From positions 1 through 13,502 of the forward strand of contig JBBQFH010000051.1 in NCBI GenBank assembly GCA_038321865.1: a stretch of DNA of 13,502 nucleotides, given 5' to 3'. Below the pieces are notes generated by a model, which saw nothing but the letters and a program-made list of their open reading frames with translations, made no database searches and was not told the origin of the DNA. The first letter of the stretch is position 1. Every line of letters begins with the position of its first letter. Below are positions 7,462-13,502 of this stretch, piece after piece. Origin of the DNA: Gemmatimonadales bacterium (GTDB lineage Bacteria > Gemmatimonadota > Gemmatimonadetes > Gemmatimonadales > GWC2-71-9). Both the position numbers and the translations under genes were made by a program.

Positions 7462-8060
7462 GCGGCGGCCGACGTGGGGATCTCGGTGGACTCGGGGACC
7501 GACATCGCCAAGGACGCGTCGGACGTGATTCTGCTGCAGAAGAGCCTGGACGTGCTAACCGGAGGGATCGTCGAAGGCCGGAAGACCTTCGCGAACATCA
7601 CTAAGTACATTCTCAACCACCATCAGCGCCAACTTCGGCAACATGTCGACCGTAGCGGTGTCCTCGCTCTTCCTGTCGTTCATCCCACTCCTGCCGTCGC
7701 AGATCCTGCTCAACAACATCCGAAGCGACGTCCCCCTGATTACGGTGGCGACCGACCGGGTGAATCCGGAGCTGAGGCAGCGTCCCCGGCGCTGGAAACA
7801 TCGGCGCGATCGCGCGGTTCATGGTGATCGTCGGGATATTGAGCGCGCTGTTCGACCTGCTGCTCATCGGTGCGCTGCTGCGCTGGCAGACCTCGGTCGC
7901 CGTGTTCCGCACAGCGTGGTTCGTGGAATCGGCCTGCTCGGAGGTGCTCGTCACCTTCGCGATCCGCATCCGGCTGCGGTTCTGGCGGAGCCGGCCGAGC
8001 GGCTGGCTACTCTGGAGCTCGCCGGCGACGGCGATCGTGGCGTTCGGTCCTCCGTTCACG
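7462..8060 (+). pseudogene. mgtA: Magnesium-translocating P-type ATPase remnant (C-terminal part, two frameshifts)
   Basis: Reads [28 protein letters not shown]...[15 protein letters not shown], +1 C at 7617-7618, [33 protein letters not shown]...PRRW, +1 A at 7796-7798, NIGAIARFM...FRTAWFVES...TFAIR...SRPS...PFT. It lacks the DKTGT and GDGxND motifs and the last TM segment. Confidence 0.88.
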
Positions 8061-8165
8061 CGCTACCTGCACCATACGCTGGAGCACCCCGTCGAGCGAC
8101 AGCTCCGTGATCAAGGCTGAGGTGGCGTAGATCAGGCGCTCGAGAAATCGGCCGTCGGCGAAGCG
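8061..8165 (-). pseudogene. 5' remnant of a second DosS-like GAF kinase gene
   Basis: 8144-8061 translates LERLIYATSALITELSLDGVLQRMVQVA. This matches LEALVVATSSLIGELALEGVLQRVVQVA of the kinase (766-683) at 20/28 identical residues with no gaps. Confidence 0.8.
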
Positions 8166-8561
8166 CTAAGCGCCCTTCACGAGATCGCCCACCGTCCGGT
8201 CCCGAAAGAATTCGGACACCCGCTCACTCGCCGCGCGCCACTGGTGATGGGCGGGGCACGGGTTCCGGTCGCTGCACTGGGGGCGGCCCAGGAGGCACCG
8301 GCGCTCGCCGGAGATCTGGTCGAACGGCTCGACCACGCGCAGCAGTTTCAGTCGGTGCGGGTCTACCGCGAGCCGGAATCCGCCGCCCTTGCCTCGGGCG
8401 GAGGTCAGCACCCCCTCCTGAGCCAGCCGGTACAGGGTCTTGGAGAGATAGTTCCGAGGCACCTGCAGTTGCTTGGCGATCTCGTCGACGCTGGCGGGTT
8501 CGCCACGATCGGCGAGGAAGAGCACGGCACGTAGGGCGTATTCGGCGGTATGCGAGAGCAC
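8166..8561 (-). CDS. Rrf2-family transcriptional regulator with probable Fe-S cluster ligands
   Basis: MLSHTAEYALRAVLFLA...EIAKQLQVPRNYLSKTLYRL...SARGKGGGFRL is an Rrf2 wHTH. CLLGRPQCSDRNPCPAH gives C-x6-C-x5-C-x2-H. GAGG precedes the GTG start. Confidence 0.95.
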   Translation of the reverse strand: MLSHTAEYALRAVLFLADRGEPASVDEIAKQLQVPRNYLSKTLYRLAQEGVLTSARGKGGGFRLAVDPHRLKLLRVVEPFDQISGERRCLLGRPQCSDRNPCPAHHQWRAASERVSEFFRDRTVGDLVKGA

Positions 8562-8599
8562 GGGGGCCTCGGCTGCGGGAACGACGTTTCACAGGCTAT

Positions 8600-8629
8600 T
8601 AATCATATATTCATGATAATATCCGATTA
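8600..8629. promoter_or_regulatory. AT-rich imperfect inverted repeat, candidate Rrf2 operator
   Basis: TAATCATATATT-catgat-AATATCCGATTA, arms complementary at 10/12 positions. It is the most AT-rich patch in the window and lies between divergent rrf2 and nosZ. Confidence 0.55.
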
Positions 8630-8658
8630 TACGAGCAGCCACAAGAAACGGGGGAAGT

Positions 8659-8676
8659 CTGAAGGAAGCTTCACCC
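8659..8676. promoter_or_regulatory. Putative transcription-factor site, copy 2 (CTGAAGGAAGCTTCACCC)
   Basis: Identical to 855-872. Ends 75 nt upstream of the nosZ ATG. Confidence 0.65.
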
Positions 8677-8751
8677 AGGTTCCACCGAGGCGGCCGCGCG
8701 GCGGCGCCAAGTTTCCCTCGTAGCCCCCACCGATTTCCAGGAGAACGACCC

Positions 8752-10782
8752 ATGTCGCCCACGACCGTGTTCCGCTTCCGCCGCCCCGCTGCTCTCGCGC
8801 TCTTGATGTCCGGCGCCGTGGCAGCGGCCGGCTGTGCCCGGTCGAACGCCTCCCGGCTCGGCGAGACCGGCGATGCGGCAGAGCGGGTGTACGTGGCTCC
8901 CGGGAAGTACGACGAGTTCTATGCCTTCATGTCCGGCGGGTTCGACGGGCAGGTGGGCGTCTACGGCCTGCCGTCTGGCCGGCTGCTCAAGCACGTTCCC
9001 GTCTTCTCCCAGAGCGCGGAGAACGGCTGGGGCTACAGTGAGCAGACCAAGGCGATGATGAACACCAGCTACGGTTTCGTGCCGTGGGACGACGCGCACC
9101 ATCCGCAGCTCTCGCAGACCGCAGGCGTGCCCGATGGCCGCTGGCTGTTCATCAACGGCAACAACACGCCGCGCATCGCCCGGCTCGACCTGACCCTGTT
9201 CGAGACCGAAGAAATCCTCGAGATCCCGAACTCGGGCGGCAACCACTCGTCGCCGTTCCTCACCGAGAACAGCGAGTACGTGGTCGCGGGCGGGCGCTTC
9301 AGCGTGCCGGCCCCGCAGCGCGACGTCTCCATCGACGACTACAAGGAGGCGTTCAGCGGCATCCTGACGTTCGCGACGGTTGACAGCGCCACCGGCCACA
9401 TGGCGATCGCGTTCCAGATCCGCATGCCCGCGTTCGACTACGACCTCTCCCACGCGGGGAAGGGGCCGTCGCACGGCTGGTCGTTCTTCACCAGCTACAA
9501 CAGCGAGGAGGGGAACACCAAGCTCGAGGTGAACGCCTCCCAGAAGGACAAGGACTACATTGCGGCGATCAACTGGAAGCGGGCCGAGCAGTGCGTGGCC
9601 CAGGGCAAGGCGAAGACGGAGCCGGCCCGCTACGCCCACAACCTGATGGGCGAGGACGGGATCGCGCGCACCGAATGGGGTACCAGCACCAAGGTGCTCG
9701 CCCCGGCGGACTGCCCCGGTCTGGTCTACTTCCTCCCGACCCCCAAGAGCCCGCACGGCGTGGACGTGGACCCGAGCGGCGAGTTCATCGTGGCCGGCGG
9801 CAAGCTCGCCGCGATCATCCCGGTGCACAGCTTCTCGAAGATGCTGAAGGCGATCGCGGACAAGGCATTCGCGGGCGAGGACCACGGGATCCCGGTGCTC
9901 AAGTACGAAGCCACCATCGCCGGTGAGGTGCAGAATCCCGGCCTAGGCCCGCTGCATACCGAGTTCGACGGCAAGGGTAACGCCTACACCTCGATGTTCC
10001 TGAGCTCGGAGATCGTGAAGTGGAGCCTCAAGGACTTCAAGGTGCTCGACCGCGCGCCGACCTACTATTCGATCGGCCACCTGATGATCCCCGGCGGCGA
10101 CAGCCGGAAGCCGTGGGGCAAGTACGCCCTGGCCCTCAACAAGATCACCAAGGATCGCTACCTGCCCACCGGGCCGGAGCTGGCCCAATCGGCGCAGCTC
10201 TACGACATCAGCGGTGATCGGATGAAGCTGCTCTTGGACTTTCCGACCATCGGTGAGCCGCACTATGCGCAGGCGCTGCCGGCGTCGATCCTCAAGGACC
10301 GCCAGGTCAAAATGTATCCCTTGGCGAAGAACGCGGATCCGTACGCGGCCAAGAACGAGAAGTCGACCCGGGTGGACCGGAAGGGCGCCGTGGTGCATGT
10401 GAGCATGACCTCAGTGCGCAGCCACTTCATGCCGGACAAGATCGAGGGGATCCAGGTCGGCGACTCGGTTTTCTTCCACGTCACCAACCTGGAGCAGGAC
10501 TGGGACGTGCCCCACGGCTTCGCGGTGCTGGGCGCCAACAACTCCGAGCTGCTGATCATGCCGGGGCAGACCCGGACGCTGGTCTGGGTCCCCAGTCGGG
10601 TAGGCGTGTTCCCGTTCTACTGCACCGACTTCTGCTCGGCTTTGCACCAGGAGATGCAGGGCTATATCCGGGTGTCGGCGAAGGGATCCGCGGTCGCGGT
10701 CAAGTGGAATAGCCCGAGCTACCGCGAGGCGGGCGAGCACGAGGCGGGCGAGCACGGGGCCGCCGAGCACGGAACCAAGTGA
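8752..10782 (+). CDS. nosZ: Nitrous oxide reductase, clade II (Sec/lipoprotein signal)
   Basis: CuZ His motifs DDAHHP, GNHSS, PKSPHG, GPLH, SIGH and GEPH. CuA domain DVPHGF...CTDFCSALHQEM. N-terminus ends in AVAAAG|C. AGGAG RBS. No C-terminal CxxCH domain. Confidence 0.98.
   Translation: MSPTTVFRFRRPAALALLMSGAVAAAGCARSNASRLGETGDAAERVYVAPGKYDEFYAFMSGGFDGQVGVYGLPSGRLLKHVPVFSQSAENGWGYSEQTKAMMNTSYGFVPWDDAHHPQLSQTAGVPDGRWLFINGNNTPRIARLDLTLFETEEILEIPNSGGNHSSPFLTENSEYVVAGGRFSVPAPQRDVSIDDYKEAFSGILTFATVDSATGHMAIAFQIRMPAFDYDLSHAGKGPSHGWSFFTSYNSEEGNTKLEVNASQKDKDYIAAINWKRAEQCVAQGKAKTEPARYAHNLMGEDGIARTEWGTSTKVLAPADCPGLVYFLPTPKSPHGVDVDPSGEFIVAGGKLAAIIPVHSFSKMLKAIADKAFAGEDHGIPVLKYEATIAGEVQNPGLGPLHTEFDGKGNAYTSMFLSSEIVKWSLKDFKVLDRAPTYYSIGHLMIPGGDSRKPWGKYALALNKITKDRYLPTGPELAQSAQLYDISGDRMKLLLDFPTIGEPHYAQALPASILKDRQVKMYPLAKNADPYAAKNEKSTRVDRKGAVVHVSMTSVRSHFMPDKIEGIQVGDSVFFHVTNLEQDWDVPHGFAVLGANNSELLIMPGQTRTLVWVPSRVGVFPFYCTDFCSALHQEMQGYIRVSAKGSAVAVKWNSPSYREAGEHEAGEHGAAEHGTK
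10726..10770 (+). repeat. 3 x 15-bp coding tandem repeat in the nosZ tail (EAGEH-EAGEH-GAAEH)
   Basis: GAGGCGGGCGAGCAC twice exactly, followed by GGGGCCGCCGAGCAC. Confidence 0.9.
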
Positions 10783-10847
10783 CGCGCGGGCCGGCCGGGG
10801 ACATCGACGTCCTCGCCCGGCCGCGCCCTGAACCACGAGACCATCGC

Positions 10848-11477
10848 ATGCGCCACTCTTCCCGCATTGCCGTTGCCGTCGCCGCGTTCCTGCTGCTGGC
10901 GGTCTATTTCGCCCCGCTCTGGCGGATCGAGCTGATCGCGCCGCAGTACCCGGAGGGGCTCGGACTGCGGATCTGGGTGAACCAGATCACCGGCCTCAAG
11001 CCGAACGACCTGAACAGCATCAACGGACTGAATCACTATATCGGGATGCACGCCATCGAACCGGACGAGATTCCCGAGCTCCAATTCATGCCCAAGCTGC
11101 TCGCGGTCGCGATCGGGGCTGGCCTGCTCGTCGCGCTAATCGGCCGCCGGGTCCCGCTCTACCTCTGGGCCGCGTCGTTCACCGCGGGCGCGGTGGCCGG
11201 CCTCGGCGACTTCTGGAAATGGGGCTACGAGTACGGCCATCACCTCGATCCGCGCGCCGCGATCCGGGTGCCCGGCATGAGCTACCAGCCGCCGGTCATC
11301 GGCACCAAGCAACTGCTCAACTTCCACGCGACGTCGTGGCCGGACATCGGAGGCTGGATTCTCATCGCCTCGCTCGCCTGTGTGCTGGTCGTAGCGGTCC
11401 TGGAGTGGCGACGCGTTCACGCGTCACCCGCCCGGGGGATCGCGGTCGGTGGGCCGGTCGCCCAGCCGTTGGCGTGA
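10848..11477 (+). CDS. nosB: Clade II nos accessory membrane protein NosB
   Basis: Motifs PLWRIELIAPQYPEGL, INGLNHYIGM, YGHHLDPRAAI and YQPPVIGTKQLLNF, with about four hydrophobic segments. Directly after clade II nosZ. An alternative in-frame GTG start at 10779 overlaps the nosZ stop. Confidence 0.85.
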   Translation: MRHSSRIAVAVAAFLLLAVYFAPLWRIELIAPQYPEGLGLRIWVNQITGLKPNDLNSINGLNHYIGMHAIEPDEIPELQFMPKLLAVAIGAGLLVALIGRRVPLYLWAASFTAGAVAGLGDFWKWGYEYGHHLDPRAAIRVPGMSYQPPVIGTKQLLNFHATSWPDIGGWILIASLACVLVVAVLEWRRVHASPARGIAVGGPVAQPLA

Positions 11478-11501
11478 CGCGGCCGCCGGTGCGGAGGCAC
11501 G

Positions 11502-12737
11502 ATGGGTAGCGCAGCTCTCGCGCTCGTGCTCAGCCTTGCCGGGCCGCCGGGCCCGCGGCGGATCGTCGTGGCGCCGAGCGGCCCGGTACCGACGTTGACC
11601 GCGGCTCTCCGCCTGGCACGCGCCGGCGACACGGTGGTGGTGACCGCCGGGATCTACCGGGAGCCGCGGATCATCGTCAGCGTCCCCGTCGTCATTCTGG
11701 GCGAGGGCACGGCGGTGCTCGACGGCGGCGGCACGCATGAGGTGCTCACGCTCCGGGCCGATGGCGTGACGGTCCGCGGCCTGACGGTGCGGAACGTCGG
11801 CGTCAGCTTCACCGAGGACCGGGCCGGGATCCGGATCGATGGCGTCAGCCGCTGCGTCGTGGCGGGCAATCGCCTGGTCGACACGTTCTTCGGGATCTAC
11901 GCCGCGCGCGCCACGGACTGCCTGATCGAGAACAACTGGATCGAGAGCCATGGCCGCCAGCAGGCTGCCGCAGGGAACGCCATCCACCTGTTCAACTCCG
12001 CCGGGTTCACCGTGAGACGCAACCTGATCCGCGGGCACCGGGACGGCATCTATCTGGAGTTCTCCCGTCGGGCCACCATCGTCGAGAACGACAGCCGCGG
12101 CAACCTGCGGTACGGCCTCCACTTCATGTACTCCGATAGCTGCGAGTACCGCCGCAATGTGTTTGCGGCGAACGGCGTCGGCGTGGCGGTGATGTACAGC
12201 CGGAGCGTGACCGTTGCCGACAACCGGTTCGAGGACAACCGCGGCTCGGCGGCGTACGGACTGCTGCTCAAGGAGATCAAGGACAGCCGCATCGAGAACA
12301 ACCTGTTCGCCCGGAACACCGTCGGGATCTTCGCCGAGGGCGCCGACCGGATGGTGGTCGAAGGGAACCAGTTCATCCGGAATGGCTGGGCCCTGCGTCT
12401 CATGGCCGACGCGGTCGACAACATTTTCCGCCGGAATCGGTTCGAGGGAAACACGTTCGACGTGGCGACCAACAGCCAGGCCAGCAGCCCGAGCAGCTTC
12501 GCCGGGAACTACTGGGACGGCTACGCGGGCTACGACCTCGATCACGACGGCTTCGGCGATGCGCCGTTCCGGCCGGTACGGCTGTTCTCGGTGCTGGTGG
12601 AGCAGCACGAGCCGATGCTGATCCTGCTGCGCAGCTTCTTCCTCGACCTGCTGGAGCTGGCGGAGCGGCTGGTGCCCGTCATCACTCCCGAAGCGCTGGT
12701 GGACGCGCACCCCCTGATGCGATGGAGGGCCTTGTGA
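11502..12737 (+). CDS. nosD: Nitrous oxide reductase maturation protein NosD (periplasmic beta-helix)
   Basis: GGAGG RBS and a signal-like N-terminus. Motifs GNAIHLFNS, HRDGIYLEFS, RYGLHFMYS, GVAVMYS and GNYWDGYAGYDLDHDGFGDAPF. Confidence 0.96.
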   Translation: MGSAALALVLSLAGPPGPRRIVVAPSGPVPTLTAALRLARAGDTVVVTAGIYREPRIIVSVPVVILGEGTAVLDGGGTHEVLTLRADGVTVRGLTVRNVGVSFTEDRAGIRIDGVSRCVVAGNRLVDTFFGIYAARATDCLIENNWIESHGRQQAAAGNAIHLFNSAGFTVRRNLIRGHRDGIYLEFSRRATIVENDSRGNLRYGLHFMYSDSCEYRRNVFAANGVGVAVMYSRSVTVADNRFEDNRGSAAYGLLLKEIKDSRIENNLFARNTVGIFAEGADRMVVEGNQFIRNGWALRLMADAVDNIFRRNRFEGNTFDVATNSQASSPSSFAGNYWDGYAGYDLDHDGFGDAPFRPVRLFSVLVEQHEPMLILLRSFFLDLLELAERLVPVITPEALVDAHPLMRWRAL

Positions 12738-13489
12738 CCGCCGCTCTGGACACGCGCCCGCTCCCGCTGCCGGTGACGGTGGTGTCGGCATCGGGGCTCA
12801 CCAAGCGGTTCGGCCGGCTGCAGGTGCTCCGTGGGGTCGACCTCGCCATCAGGGCGGGCCGCGTCACCGCGATCCTCGGGCCCAACGGGGCGGGGAAGTC
12901 CACCATCATCAAGGTGCTCCTCGGCCTGACCCGGGCGGACGGCGGATCGTTGGCCGTGCACGGCCAGCCGGTGGACGGCGACCCGGCGTATCGCGCGGAC
13001 CTCGGATACATGCCGCAGCACGCCCACTTTCCGGAGAACCTCACCGGTCGCGAGGTCATCCGCCTGCTCCGCGACCTCCGCGGCGACGCGGTGCCCGAGG
13101 ACGACGAGTTGTTCGAATCGTTCGCGCTTGCGGCGGAGCTGGACAAGCCGGTGCGGACACTCTCGGGCGGCACCCGGCAGAAGCTCAACGCGGCAGTCGC
13201 GTTCATGTTCCGGCCGGCCTTGCTGGTGCTGGACGAGCCCACGGCGGGACTCGACCCGATCGCGAGCGGTGTGCTCAAGGACAAGATCCTCCGCGCCCGG
13301 CGCGCGGGCACATCCATCATCCTCACCTCGCACGTGCTGAGCGAGTTGCAGGAGCTGGTGGACGACGTGGTATTTCTGCTGGACGGCCGGGTCGAATTCG
13401 AGGGCTCGCTCCGGCACTTGGCCGAGGCGACCGGCGAGACCCGGCTGGAGCGCGCCATTGCCAGCCTGATGCGGAGGGGTCCGCGATGA
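12734..13489 (+). CDS. nosF: ABC transporter ATP-binding subunit NosF
   Basis: Walker A GPNGAGKST, Q-loop GYMPQ, signature LSGG, Walker B LLVLDEPTAGLDP and H-loop TSH. GTG 12734 overlaps the nosD stop (alternative ATG 12722). Confidence 0.93.
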   Translation: MTAALDTRPLPLPVTVVSASGLTKRFGRLQVLRGVDLAIRAGRVTAILGPNGAGKSTIIKVLLGLTRADGGSLAVHGQPVDGDPAYRADLGYMPQHAHFPENLTGREVIRLLRDLRGDAVPEDDELFESFALAAELDKPVRTLSGGTRQKLNAAVAFMFRPALLVLDEPTAGLDPIASGVLKDKILRARRAGTSIILTSHVLSELQELVDDVVFLLDGRVEFEGSLRHLAEATGETRLERAIASLMRRGPR

Positions 13490-13502
13490 CGGCCGTGAAG
13501 GT
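13486..13502 (+). CDS. nosY: Start of next operon gene, probably ABC permease NosY (partial)
   Basis: ATGA overlap with the nosF stop, reading MTAVK... Identity inferred only from the usual nosDFY order. Confidence 0.5.

Noticed and set aside
8166..8168. Programmed amber readthrough of the rrf2 stop
   Set aside because: The Rrf2 is full length at this stop, the downstream GAF homology ends after about 35 codons, and no recoding machinery is visible.
8659..8676. Shared element read as an FNR/DNR/CRP box
   Set aside because: The spacing is TGA-N8-TCA, not TGA-N6-TCA, and there is no TTGAT half-site.
8773..8790. RR pair in the NosZ leader as a Tat motif
   Set aside because: FRRPAA lacks the S/T-R-R-x-F-L consensus. 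The leader is short and ends in a lipobox-like Cys, and nosB follows, all fitting clade II Sec export.
8671..13458. Long antisense ORFs (e.g. 8671-9885, 11424-12791, 12542-13417)
   Set aside because: Shadow frames of high-GC nos genes with no recognisable motifs. The same applies to antisense or off-frame ORFs over the kinase, USP, BON and ldt genes.
1..13502. CRISPR array, tRNA/rRNA, transposase or integrase
   Set aside because: None seen. The only tandem repeat is the coding 15-mer in nosZ, which has no spacers.

Overview
High-GC bacterial window, plausibly Gemmatimonadota-like (inferred from gene style, not proven). Right half: a clade II (Sec-type) nitrous oxide reductase operon, nosZ-nosB-nosD-nosF-(nosY start), transcribed divergently from a 3-Cys Rrf2-family regulator. 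Left end: a sensor histidine kinase missing from the ORF track, with a DosS/DevS-like haem-GAF domain and a HisKA domain. It is divergent from a small ORF, a tandem universal stress protein and a triple-BON protein. Middle: a secreted Met/His-rich protein, two L,D-transpeptidase genes and a frameshifted lipoprotein, separated by short fragments of other genes (EEP-like, Ca-type P-ATPase, two mgtA pieces, and the 5' end of a second DosS-like kinase). Main signal: the identical 18-bp palindrome-containing element CTGAAGGAAGCTTCACCC occurs upstream of the kinase (855-872) and in the rrf2/nosZ promoter region (8659-8676). This suggests a DosS/DosR-like low-O2/NO regulon that includes clade II N2O reduction.
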